Assembly (NCBI GenBank): GCA_030390025.1
Contig: CM059432.1
Span: 107,200,001 to 107,264,000 of the forward strand
Direction: 5' to 3'
Length of the DNA stretch: 64,000 nucleotides
Source: Squalus acanthias
Lineage: Eukaryota
In this document: positions 50,718 through 62,436 of the stretch, piece by piece
How the letters are laid out: each line of letters begins with the position of its first letter
Position numbering within the stretch: position 1 is the stretch's first letter
Notes under the pieces: model-generated
Told to the model about the DNA's origin: nothing
The model's database searches: none
What the model saw: the letters and a program-made list of their open reading frames with translations, nothing else
Position numbers and translations under genes: made by a program

Positions 50718-51250
50718 ATCATAGAATGTTACAGCACAAATGGAGGCCATTCGGCCCATCATGCCTGTGCTGGCTCTTTGAAAGAGCTATCCAATTAGTC
50801 CCACTCCCCCACTCATTGCCCATAGCGCTGCAAATTTTCCCTATTCAAGGAAATATCCAATTCCCTTTTAAAAGTTACTATTGAATCTGCTTCCACCACC
50901 CTTACAGGCAGTGCATTCCAGATCATAACAACTCACTGCTTAAAAAAAAATCTCCTCATCTCCGTTCTGGTTCTTTTGTCAATTATCTTAAATCTGTGTC
51001 CTCTGGTTACTGACCCTCCTGCCAGTGGAAACAGTTTCTCATTATTTACTTAATAAAAACCCTTCATTATTTTGAACACATCTAATAAATCTACCCTTAA
51101 CCTTGGCGAACAATCTAGTCTCTCCAAATAACTGAAGTCCCTCATATCATTCAAGTAAATCTCCTCTGCACCCTCTCCAAGGCCTTGACATCCTTCCTAA
51201 AGTGTGGTGCCCTGAATTGAACACAATACTCCAGCTGAGGCCTTAACAGT
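50718..51250 (-). mobile_element. CR1 3' fragment
   Basis: [10 protein letters not shown], tail catagaatgttacagcac on +. Confidence 0.85.
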
Positions 51251-51907
51251 GATGATGAAAAAGCAGATGCTTTTTCAATAAATGTGAGTAAGAACTGGTA
51301 CTGTTTATCTCTCTGAAATGTATTAATTTTGTATTTTTTTACCTTTAAACATGCAGGAAGCATTGGAAGAATTTATAAGGCAGATCAGATAATATTTGGG
51401 ACTTCTGCTTTGTAACATCTAGGGGGTGATTTTCCCAGCCCCGAGGAGGCGGGTTTGGAGGCGGGAAAATCGCAAATAATGAGTGCGGGTTCGGAACCCG
51501 TCTCCGCGCAATTTTGCCGGAGGCGGTTTTGATGGGTGCGATTCGGTCCCTCCTCCAGCAGTCCAGAGAGGTAGTTAAGACCCTTAAATAGTAGTTAAGG
51601 GCTTCTGTAATCCCATTTTGAGAGGCCCTCGTTATTTTTCCACATTTTCAGCGTGTTCCACGACCCTCCTAAACCACGCCAGCTAAACCTGCTGGGTTGA
51701 CAAGTGGGTGGCCTCCTCACAGCTGCAGCTCCACCATTAAAACGGAGCTTTCATCAGGGATCAGTTGCAGGTGGCAGAACTTTTGTTGCAAAGGTTTTTC
51801 AGCACTTTTAGCAGGCCTACCGAAGTCAGAGGTGCTGCAGCTTCTATCTCTCAACTGTGGGACCTTCTTGGAAGACCCTCTCCCCGCTTGGATTGAGCGC
51901 TTCCCCA

Positions 51908-53158
51908 ATGGAGGTATCTGCCAGCAGCTTGGGAACCATTCATTTCCTTTCACCATGGAGCTCAGATTCGGATGAGGAGCAGCCACAGCAGCAGCAGAAC
52001 CAGGCAGCTCAGCAGCAACAGCTGCAGGAGCCCCAACCTCCTGCTCAGCCACCTGATGCTGCACAGGGCAGAAGGCGCCAGTGCATGGAAGTACGTCACT
52101 GCAGGAGATACCCCCAACACAGGGTTTACAGAAAGAGGATGAGCTACCTTAACATGAGTGATCAGCAGTGCCAAAGGAGGCTGAGACTTTCGCGAGATGT
52201 TGTCCAAGACATCTGCGCACTGCTGCACCAATACCTGGTGCCCAGAGGAACGGGTGGACACCCCTTACCAGTGGCTGTCAAAGTCACCACCGCACTCAAC
52301 TTTTTTGCCTCAGGCTCCTTCCAGAGATCATCAGCAGACATCAGCGGCATCTCCCAGTCGGCCGCCCACAGTTGCATCACGCAGGTTACCAATGCCCTTT
52401 TCGCTAAGGCCCACAATTACATCCACTTCTCAAGGGATTAAGTAAGTGTAACCGCGCGTTTGCTTGGCTTTGCAAATATGGCAGGCTTGCCAATGGTGCA
52501 GGGCATCATAGACTGCACACATGTGGCCCTTAGGGCACCCCATCACAACCCAGCTATCTTTGTCAACCGCAAGGGCTTCCACTCCCTCAACGTACAGCTG
52601 GTGTGTAACCACAAGAAGGAGATTTTGCATGTTTGCGCCAAGTTCTGTGGTAGTTGCCATGACTCTTTCATCCTGCGGCACTCTAGTGTTCCTCCGCTTT
52701 TCAATCCGCCAAACCAACTTAACGGATGGCTCCTTGGTGACAAAGGCTACCCCCTGAAGAAGTGGCTAATGACGCCGATCAGGAGGCCAGCTAACGAGGC
52801 TGAAGAGCACTTCAACACAAGCCACACTTCAACCAGGTCCATCATCGAGCAAACCATTGGCTTGTTGAAGATACGCTTCCAATGCCTTGACCGATCAGGT
52901 GGAGCCCTGCAGTATTCAGCAGCCAGGGTCTCCAGAATGGTTGTGGTCTGCTGTGCACTGCACAACATGGCACAGCGTCGTGGCTTGCAGCTTCCTGATG
53001 AGCAAGTGGCTCAGTTCCTAGCCTCCTCAGATGAGGATGAGGAGGCTGAGGCGGAGGAGGAGGACCGAGCGCCAGTCTAACGACCAGCAGCGGCAGCACG
53101 CGAGCACATGGCTGCCCGTAATGCAAGAGATGCACTTATCCTGGCCAGGTTTGCATAG
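51908..53158 (+). pseudogene. Harbinger DDE transposase with frameshifts (about 52440 and near the C-terminus)
   Basis: Q-rich N-terminus, [28 protein letters not shown]; the start codon is uncertain. Confidence 0.92.
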
Positions 53159-53399
53159 GTTGCCCAAGTTGGCACATGTCCTTGGCTCCATCTTAAGACA
53201 TGATAGACAATGGGCATGACTCTCTGGCCTCCTTTCACTCTGGCCACCAACCTGACCACGCAAGTGTCGCGGAGCCCGCAATGTGGAGCTGCCTAAGGTG
53301 AAATAACAGATGCCATCACGCCAACATTTTGCCATCAAATCATTTTTATGCTTTCCAACAGGGCTGGCATTTCATCAATACACATAAACATTCACCCAA

Positions 53400-53585
53400 T
53401 CTGCACACAGATCTGGAGGTTATATCCCTTGCCAGCTGGACCCACACAGCCTTGGTTTCGTTGGGAGGCCTCTTCCTCCCAGATGAGTGGAAGAGCACCT
53501 CCATGCTAGCTCTCACCCCCTCGACCAACATTTGCAGCGCATCATCCGAGAACCTCGGGGAGGCCCTTGCCTTGGAATTGGACAT
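53400..53585 (-). pseudogene. Harbinger Myb/SANT gene, only the start of exon 1 retained
   Basis: MSNSKARASPRFSDDALQMLVEGVRAS..KAVWVQLARDITSRSVCR, then a jump directly into 3' UTR-like sequence. Confidence 0.85.
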
Positions 53586-54289
53586 AGTGGTTTCTCAAAA
53601 AATGTTGGAGGTGGTGCAGCATCAACAGAAATCCAGTGGAATGATCCAAGGCAGCAAGCAGCCCTTAAATGAGGCTGGAAAAGTGACATCAGCAGAGGCG
53701 AGTTTCAGTCCCAAAACACTAATTGGCCAAGGGCATCCCACACCTCTGAAATCAACTGGCCAATTAGGGAAAAATCGCAATTTTTTTCCACCTCTCAGTG
53801 GAGGCGAGTTTGGAACCCACCCAAACCGAAACCCACCTCCAACCTGCCTCCAGTGAGAAAATCGCCCCCCTAGTTTCTCTTTGATCATTCAATGATTATC
53901 GAGTAACCAACTTGATGAATAAAAGTTATTTTTTAATCACACTCAGCAAGGCTCCTGCCTAAGTAAGGTAGAGAGAGAGATCACAGGAATTGAAAGGTAA
54001 CATATATAGAAACACAATGTAGATATTCAGATGAACCAATCAAATTTCTTGTGGAAAGTCCGGCCTAACGTCATCTTCTCCACCCCATTCCCCGTGACAC
54101 TGGGATTCGTTGCTTTTCCTCTAACTAGATGCTCTTGAATTGTCTCATTTTCTAATAGCCTTTAGTGATTTATTCCCAACAGTGATGTGATACTAACAGA
54201 GCTAATATTCCTGGGTTAATCCATCAGAGCTATTTCACAGACTGGATTGACAGAGGCTGCTTTTCAATTGTCCTCTATACTTTGGCTGT

Positions 54290-54662
54290 GTCAGAGCAAG
54301 CCTTTGGCTTAATGGTACCAATCCCGCCTCTGAGACAGAAGGTGCAGGGTTCAGACCCCGCTTCAGACAGTCCTTACGCGTGGAAACCGGGACTTGGGCT
54401 CTGAATACTGGGTTGACATCCAGCAGGATACTTGCGTTCGGTGGTTGTGGGTGGCCTCCCCTCATTGTATGGGTTGTATAGGAACAGCCACCCCATTGTC
54501 TGGTATAAAGCTGGTTATGGCCACGAAAGCAGCATTTATGTTGCGGCTGGTCAGACTGTTAATCGGCCTGTGAATCCTTCCACTATTTCACACTGTTCTC
54601 GAAGGGAAGATATGAAAACAACTGTGGCACCCAATCCACTTTGCAAGATTTCAACCACAGTA
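54290..54662 (+). mobile_element. tRNA-headed SINE-like element of unassigned family
   Basis: A box tggcttaatgg and B box ggttcagaccc; head resembles the Deu-SINE head (cgcctctgagacagaagg) but the body differs. Confidence 0.45.
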
Positions 54663-54669
54663 CCCTCTA

Positions 54670-55010
54670 GGAATATAGGAACAGGAGGACGCCATGCAGT
54701 CTCTAGAGCCTGCTCCATTCAATTAGATCTTGGCTGATGTATATCGCAATTCCATTTACCCGCCTTTGCTCCATATCCCTTGATACCTTTACCTAACAAA
54801 AATCTATCCATCTTAGTCTTGAAAGCTCCAATTGTCCAGCATCCACAGCCTATTGAGGTGAGAGAGTTCCAAATTTCTACTACCCTTGTGTGAAAAAGTG
54901 CTTCCTGATTTCCCTCCTAAATGGACTGGCTCTAATTTTAAAATGATGTTCCCTTGTTCTTGATTCCACCACCAGAGGAAATAGTTTCTCTGTATCTACC
55001 CTATCAAATC
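54670..55010 (-). mobile_element. CR1 3' fragment
   Basis: aggaatataggaacaggagg tail and degenerate ORF2 end. Confidence 0.75.
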
Positions 55011-55088
55011 CTCATTTCTGAGGGATGATTTTATGAGAAATCCTGCAATTTTCAATCTCATGGGAGAGAGCCAACATCATAAGATCAG

Positions 55089-55257
55089 CAGAAAACGCTG
55101 GAAAAACTCAGCAGGCCAGGCAGCATCCGTGGAGAGAGAAAGAGAGTTAACGTTTCAGGTCATCTTTCTCTCTCCACGGATGCTGCCTGGCCTGCTGAGT
55201 TTTTCCAGCGTTTTCTGTTGTTATTTCGGATTTCCAGCATCCGCAGTATTTTGCTAT
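55089..55257 (+). mobile_element. Short Penelope terminus insertion with inverted 5' arm
   Basis: 55-bp perfect inverted repeat (55089-55143 / 55163-55217); 14-bp TSD catcataagatcag at 55075-55088 and 55258-55271. Confidence 0.9.
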
Positions 55258-55360
55258 CATCATAAGATCAGTCCTTTCTTCTCATTTCTATAGTTATCCA
55301 GCAAGGCTTGGATTCTGTGAAAAGCTTCATGGTTTGTTAATGGCCATAGACTCAGTTGTA

Positions 55361-55544
55361 GGGGGTAATTTTAACTTTGGGCGATGGTGTAAAAGGGATG
55401 ATATCGAATTAACTGCCTGTTATACACCATGCCCAATTTTACTTTCCACTTAAGTCAAAGGAAGGGAAATCGGCATGGTGCATAGTGAGTGGCTAATTTA
55501 TTATCACCCATTTTACACTAACCCCCAAAGTTAAAATTACCCCC
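55361..55544. mobile_element. Palindromic MITE
   Basis: Perfect TIR gggggtaattttaactttggg / cccaaagttaaaattaccccc, flanked by TA; further internal arm pairing. Confidence 0.85.
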
Positions 55545-55825
55545 TACCAGTTTAATTGCCTTCTTGAATATACTATCATGGGTACAGTACCAAGTGGTTC
55601 TGGTACTGGATTAGCAACCCAGTGGTCATGAGTTCAAATCCCACCCAGGCAAGATGTGAAACTGAATTCAATAAATCTGCTCATTTCTGGACTGGCATCA
55701 GAAGATGATCATGAAAGCTGTTGGATTGTTTTAAAAACCCAGCTGGTTCACTAATGCTCTTCAGGGAAGGTAACCTGCCACCCCCTATCTGGTCTGACCT
55801 ACATACGACTCCAGTCTAACACTAC

Positions 55826-57250
55826 GGGCTGGATTTTCTCAGCCCTGAGGAGGCGGGTATGGAGGCGGGACTGCCGGGAAAGTTGCAGAATTTGGGGGCG
55901 GGTGGCAAACCCGCCCCCAACCCGCCTCCGTGCCCTCTTGCCAGGAGGCGGGAAGCTGTCCTGCCCCGGGTCCCGTCTCCTTGGAGGCGGGAAGGGATTA
56001 AAGCCTATTAACTGCCTGTTAACAGGTAGTTAACAGGCAGAAAATAGGATCATCCCCATTTTTCGTGCTGAAGTGCAGGCTTCCCGACCTGGGGGAACCC
56101 CGCCAGGGTGTAGGAGCTGAGTAGGAGGTCTGCGGGGGTCGGAGGGGTCTGAAAGTGCGATGTAGAGGTGAGTGATGGGTGCAAGTGTGGAGTGGTAAGT
56201 ATGTGAGGTGAGTGTAAAGTGTTAGAAAATGTTAATTTACCTTTGTTTCGACCTACAGCCTTCAGCCGCTGTGGAGCCGGAGTCCCCGACATCTCCATTG
56301 TAGATTTCACAGACTGGCTGTTGGATCCTCCGAACCAACAGCCAGGTGATTTCTGCAAAGTAGAAAGGTTTGATGAGTCCTGAACACAAGGACTCATCAA
56401 ACTACACAGAATGTCAGGGCTGGATTTTGTCAGCCCCGAGGATGCGGGTATGGAGGCGGGACTGCCGGTAAAGTTGCAGAATTTTGGGGCGGATGGCAAA
56501 CCCGCCCCCAAGCCCTCTTGCCAGGAGGCGGGAAGCCGTCCTGCCCCAGGTCCCATCTCCTCGAGGCGGGAAAGAGATTAAAGCCTATTAACTGCCTGTT
56601 AACAGGTAGTTAACAGGCAGAAAATAGGATTATTCCCATTTTTCGTCTTGAAGTGCAGGCTTCCCGACCTCGGGGAACCCTGCCAGGGCGTAGGAGACGA
56701 GTAGGAGGTCTGCAGGGGTCGGAGGGGTCTGAAAGTGCGATGTAGAGGTGAGTGATGGGTGCAAGTGTGTTGTGGTAAGTATGTAAGGTGAGTGTAAAGT
56801 GTTAGAAAATGTTCACTTACATTTGTTTCGACCTACAGCCTCCAGCCGCTGTGGAGCCGGAGTCCCGACATCTCCATTGTAGAGATCACAGACCGGCTGT
56901 TGGATCCTCCGAACCAACAGCCAGGTGATTTCTGCAAAGTTGAAAGAGTTGATGAGTCCTGAACACAAGGACACATCAAACTACACAGAATGTCAGTGTT
57001 TGACAGCTTCACAGAGCTGTCAAACGATGACATTTCTTCTTTCAAAAGTTCTTGACAGATGACACATCATACGTTGACGTGCTCCGTCACTGACTTCCCC
57101 CTAATTAGCCTGCTGAGCCCGTTGAGCAGGCTTAACAAGGTCAATCAGGGGAAAATCCCGCTGGTTGGCCAGAAGCTGATGGAGGCGGGATTGAAAGGCG
57201 GCAAGCAGCAGTCCCGCCTCCAAAAGCTTCCCATTGAGAAAATCCAGCCC
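55826..57250. mobile_element. Composite non-autonomous Harbinger (two left arms, one right arm) inserted in a SINE
   Basis: GGGCTGGATTTT at 55826 and 56417, aaaatccagccc ending 57250; flanks tac/tat; the SINE sequence resumes after 57250. Confidence 0.9.
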
Positions 57251-58265
57251 TATGTGTTTGACTCTTAACACCCTCAGAGCAATTAGGGAAAAAAAATTAT
57301 CAGCACCGTATTGAGTGAAAATGTGAACAAACTGGATGAAAGCCGTCCACATTTAAAACATTGCCACCAACCCTTCATTCCTCAAGGCATTATTTGTTCT
57401 TTGTACTCTGCTCGTTGCAAACATATTCAAACATCCTCTGATGTCCATTGCAATTTGCTTTTCTAATTTTCCCATTCTAGCTCTTGTTCAACATTTTTGT
57501 GCATGTTACAACTGGCAGTGAGCCTTACTCGTAATTTGAAAAGTAGAAACTACACCATTGTAGGCCTCTCAAAATCACCCCCTTCATTTGCAGCCTCGTC
57601 AATACATCGTCAAACATACCATTTTTTGGTTATTGTTTTGTTTCTGCCAATTAGTCTCCCAATTTATCTTCATTCCCAAGCCCATCTCTTAGTTGCTCCC
57701 TCACTTTGTTATTTCTTATTCAGAGTAGGTGTAGTGGTGAGTAATCAAAAGGCCTGGACTAATAATCCAGAGAACGGGAGTTCAAATCCCACCATGACAG
57801 TTTGGAAATTTGAATTCAGTTTAAAAAATCTTGAAATAAAAGTGACCAAGTAGTAAAAATCCAACTGATTCACTAAAGTCCTTTAGGGAAGGAAACCTAC
57901 TATCCTTACACGGTCTGGCCTATATGTGACTGGAACATCATGACTAGACACGTCCTCCCCCTGCAGCCATAGAATCTCTTGGGAGAGGCAAAAGAACAGA
58001 AAAATTCAGGGCCAATAAGGGAAAAAATACACTGGAAAATTCCTCTCTGACTCCCTCAGGCAATAACATAGAAAAGGACTTGAAGGTTCCTTGAAATGCT
58101 AAGTTATTACCACCTCTAATTATTTATCTACAAGCTCAAATAAACTCTAGACAAAATTTTCAGAACTTTTGTACATCACTTTTTCCCCTTAACTTCTGTA
58201 ATTTTAATTTTGGATACATTAACTCATATTTAGTCAAAGGCAGCACCCAATATATGTGTTTTTAC

Positions 58266-58463
58266 CTTTAGGTTGACGACTGGCATGCTTAATCTGTCAG
58301 CCTTCCTCACCACTGTGTATAAATCTTGTAGTTGAGAGGATAGGAAAGCTCGGTAAGTCGCCAGCGAGCCCATCGCTCGAGCTTGCTGGAAGCACTGCAA
58401 GTCAGCCCCGCGGATACCCCGCATGTTACCAGTCAAGGGTGTGTTTAAAGCGACCAAGTGTAA
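58266..58463 (-). CDS. col15a1: Collagen XV (multiplexin) exon, first exon of the restin/endostatin domain
   Basis: Acceptor ctttctttctgtttcctttaag, donor gtaaaa; 198 bp, phase 0/0; translates [74 protein letters not shown] and VRKA favour COL15A1 over COL18A1. Confidence 0.92.
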
Positions 58464-59636
58464 CTTAAAGGAAACAGAAAGAAAGGTTTGGGTTAAAATA
58501 CACAATAGTAAATCCCTGACCCAAAGAAGTGACGAACAATTCCCCCAATATAAACACCAGACTTTTCACTTCATCTTAGTCACACTGAGGTAAGTTTTCA
58601 AGCCAATGCTTTCTATAAAACACACGGGCGTGGAAATTCCCCAGTGGTTTCTCCGTAGCTTTAGCAGGGTGCTGGCGGAACACACAGAGAAATGGCGTAA
58701 ACCGCCATCTACACATGTATCCCTGGGGGTTTCGCCGGCCTCCCACCAAAGTTATGGCAGGATATCGGAAGGGCCCCACCCCTCCGCGGATTCGAATGTA
58801 TGACACACAAGCTTCGCTCACAAGAGTAACTAAAACCCGGCAGGTAACACCTTACTCCACTCAGTAAAGTGGCTGAGTCAAAAGGGGCCTTTTTCCCAAA
58901 GATATGTTACTGGTGGGAAGGCCCCAGGCTGCCAACCAAGCATAGCAGGAAACCACAGCCTGTTGTCACGATTTTCTATCCGGACCCTCAAATCCTGGAT
59001 ATGTTCAGCTAAAGCTATCTACTGGGAATGAAAATCAAGCAAATTGTCCCTAAAGGGTCACATCTAGTTGTAAGCCGTGATTGACAGATCAGTTGGAGGA
59101 TGTAAGATGGATTCTTCGGGCTGGATTTTCATACGGCCATTGAGGCGGGATTGGAGGCGTGTGGGGGGTTAAAATTGCAGAAACTGGCGGGCGGGCCCGA
59201 TCCCGCCTCCATTTAATTTTGATGAAATCGTGTCTGCTGGTCCCGTCTCCGTCCCGCCTCCAAGAGGCGGGAGAGGCCATTAATGCCCTTAACAAGCCCT
59301 AAATTGGCTCTGTAATGTCATTTTGATAGTTTTTTGCTAGTTTAACCCTTTTCCCACATGAAGCACGCCTGATCTGAAACACGCCAGTGAAACCTGGCGG
59401 GAGCACAAGTGGATTGCTGACTCTCAGCTGCAGCTCAACCATTAAATAGGAGATTTGATCAGCCATCATTTGCAGGTGGCAGGACTTTGTTGTCACAGGT
59501 CTGGGGGAACTTTTAGAAGGCATAACCACAGCTCTGGAAGTTTGGAGCCTGACACCCATCTCCAGTGTGACCTCCTGGGAAACCCCTCTCGCCACCCTCA
59601 TTGAGCGCTTTCTCAACTGAGGCATATACCAGAGGC

Positions 59637-60840
59637 ATGGGAGCCATTTATTTCCTTCCCTCCTGGGCATCAGATGAGGACGAACACCAGCCGCGGCACC
59701 AGCAGAACCATGAACAACAGCAGCACCAACAGCAGCAGCGCCAAGCTGCCGCTCACCCGCCTGAAGCTGCACAGGCCAGAAGGGGCCAGCGCATGGAAGG
59801 CCGTCGGCGCAGGAGATACCCCCCAAACAGGGTCTACAGACACAGGGTCAGCTACCTCAACATGTCTGAGCAGCAGTGCCAAAGGTGGCTCCGACTTTCG
59901 CGAGAGGTAGTGGGTGACATCTGCGCAATGCTGCAACAAGACCTGGAGCCCAGAGGACACCCCTTACCAGTGGCCGTCAAAGTCACCACCGCACTCAACT
60001 TTTTTGCCTCAGGCTCATTCCAGGGATCAGCAGCAGACATCAGCGGCATCTCCCAGGCAGCCGCACACACCTGCATCACGCAGGTAACCGATGCCCTCTT
60101 TGCCATCGTGCACAATCACATCCATTTCACCAAGGATCGAGCAAGTGTCACGGCGCGTGTGGTTGGATTAGCTAATCTGGCAGGCTTTCCAAGGGTGCAG
60201 GGCGTCGTTGACTGCACACATGTGGCCCTTAAGGCACCCCATCGCAATCCAGGTATTTTTGTCAACCGCAAGGGCTTCCACTCCCTCAACGTTCAGCTGG
60301 TGTGTGACCACAAGAAGGAAGTTTTGCATGTTTGTGCCAAGTACCCTGGCAGTTGCCATGACTCCTTCATACTGCGCCAGTCTATTCAGTCCGCCAGACC
60401 AACTTAACGGATGGCTACTTGGAGACAAGGGCTATCCCCTGAAGACGTGGCTAATGACGCCGTTGAGGAGCCCATCCAACGTAGCTGGGGAGAGCTACAA
60501 CTCCAGCCACATTTCCACCAGAGCCATAATCGAGCAAACCATCGGTATGCTGAAGATGCGCTTCAGATGCCTGGATAGATCAGGTGGAGCCCTGCAATAC
60601 TCAGCAGCCAGGGTCTCCAGAATCGTCGTGGTTTGCTGTGCACTTCACAACATGGCACAGCATCGTGGCTTGCAGATGCCGGAGGACCAAGTGGCTCCTC
60701 ACATAGCCTCCTCAGATGAGGAGGTGGAGGAGGAGGAGGAGCGAGAGAACGAACATCTTGCAGAGGCCCATCAACCAGCGGCAGCATTACGCGAGACCAT
60801 AGCTGCAAAGGACGCACTCATCTTGGCCAGATTTGCTTAG
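59637..60840 (+). pseudogene. Harbinger DDE transposase, one frameshift at about 60380
   Basis: [10 protein letters not shown].., [37 protein letters not shown]. Confidence 0.93.
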
Positions 60841-61085
60841 TCTAGACAATCAAGCACTTTTGCCTCGCAGCTTCTTACCAGAGCTACGACAATGGCCCAG
60901 ACCCAGCGGATCCCTAACAATTTGACCACCATACTGACAATTGCAAGTTATCCTAAGGCCTCATTGTGGAAGTCCCATTAGCGAAATGACAGACGCCACA
61001 ACTGCAGCTGTAGCCATCAGAGTTTTTATTTACACTTAACATCTGATGGCTTTTTTACATTAAACATCAAATTTCACCCAAGTGA

Positions 61086-62377
61086 CTATTTGTGCAGTAT
61101 CGTTCTCTTACGCGTGCTCCTACGTGGTGCTTCCCCTGTGGCTTGAGCAGAGGTGGAGGCCCCCTGCTCAGTTTGTTGCTGCTCCTGTCTCGACACCTTT
61201 GGCAGGTGTCCTCTGGGGTTGCGAACCTGCGAAAGCTCGGCAACAGTCTGCTGCTCCTGCGGCTGGGCCGGGGTTGAGACGCCGATCTCAGTTGGGTGCG
61301 GACTCTGGTGGGGCTCTGACCGAGGACTTGTCAGTGGCATGGAAGTGTGAGCGCTTGGAGAGGCGCCCCCACCTCCTTGTTGTCTGCCACCAACATCCCT
61401 CTCATGGGTCAGGTCCACCTCAGCGCTTGCAAGTGGATTGAGAGCACCTTGCTGCACATCAGGGGGGCCATGGGGACCCGTATCTGCACTGGCAGTCCTA
61501 CTCAGAAGGACTTCCATGAAGGTCTGGTTTCTCTGTTCAATAGATGTCCATCGCTCCTCCAGAGATGTTATTCTATTGAGAACACTCACCATGTTTTCTG
61601 CACTCTGGCGACTTATCACCTCCATGGAGGTTGCCATCCTTTCCATGGTGATGCGTTCATGCGCCAATGACTCCACAAAGGCTCTGCTCATGTTCGCTAT
61701 GGACTCCTCCATTCGCTCCACACTCGCAGCGACCCTGGAGACAAAACCTGTCAGAGACTCCTGCATCTGTTCCTGGAGTCCCAGCACTGCTGATCTTATG
61801 GATGGCCCCAGAGGCAGAGGGTCGACATGCAGCTGAGCCGAGCTAGGAGAGTCCTGCGCCCTCCGACTAGGACTCTCCACTGCTGTCCCTGTCTCCACCA
61901 TCTGCTGATGCTCACTTGTGAGCTGTGATACACCAGGTGACAACACTACTCTATGTCCCGAGGGTCCCACCGAGGTGTGAGTCTCTGCGCTGAATTCTGC
62001 TGATGCTGTGCCCTCAGAGGTTGCAGCTTCCTCTGAGGAGTCTGGATGCTCAGGCTGGTCCTCCTGGCTAGTGGTTGCGATGGTCCTGTGGGGGAGTAAA
62101 GGAAAGAGTCAGAGATGTGATGCCAAGGTTACATGCATATTGCAGATGATCATAAATCTATCTGTTAGAGCTTCAGATTCATTATCAGTGACTCATGCAA
62201 TGTCAATGAGAGAGATGGAACACTATTCAGTCACCAGCTTGCTGTGATGCACCCGTCTGTCCGTCCCCCACTTGTGTATCGTCCTCCACTCCCACGATCT
62301 CCAGGACCGCATCCTCCCAGGTGGTGAGCTGGGCTAATGAAGGTGGCTCTTTCCCTTTTATTGTGAGCTCTCTTTTC
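61086..62377 (-). pseudogene. Harbinger Myb/SANT gene exons 2 and 3
   Basis: Exon 2 62235-62377 (cattgtag|EKRAHNKRE..|gtgact), exon 3 62085-61086 (ccacag|); homologous to copy 1 exons; AATAAA on - at 61025-61030. Confidence 0.85.
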
Positions 62378-62436
62378 CTACAATGAGGGAGACAAGTGGA
62401 GTTTGAGTGAGATTGAAGGAGTGAGTGTAGAGAGTC

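Larger units (their letters stand above)
51422..53869. mobile_element. PIF/Harbinger transposon copy 2, both ends intact, Myb gene internally deleted
   Basis: TIRs GGGGG(T/C)GATTTTC; 3-bp TSD CTA at 51419-51421 and 53870-53872. Confidence 0.95.

Noticed and set aside
51250..51395. Plus-strand exon, 73-nt intron and exon ([22 protein letters not shown])
   Set aside because: No recognisable product; the upstream acceptor is CR1 sequence; it is antisense within a col15a1 intron.
51908..60840. Domesticated HARBI1 or NAIF1 host genes
   Set aside because: The ORFs are frameshifted, multi-copy and bounded by TIRs and a TSD, so they are transposon copies.
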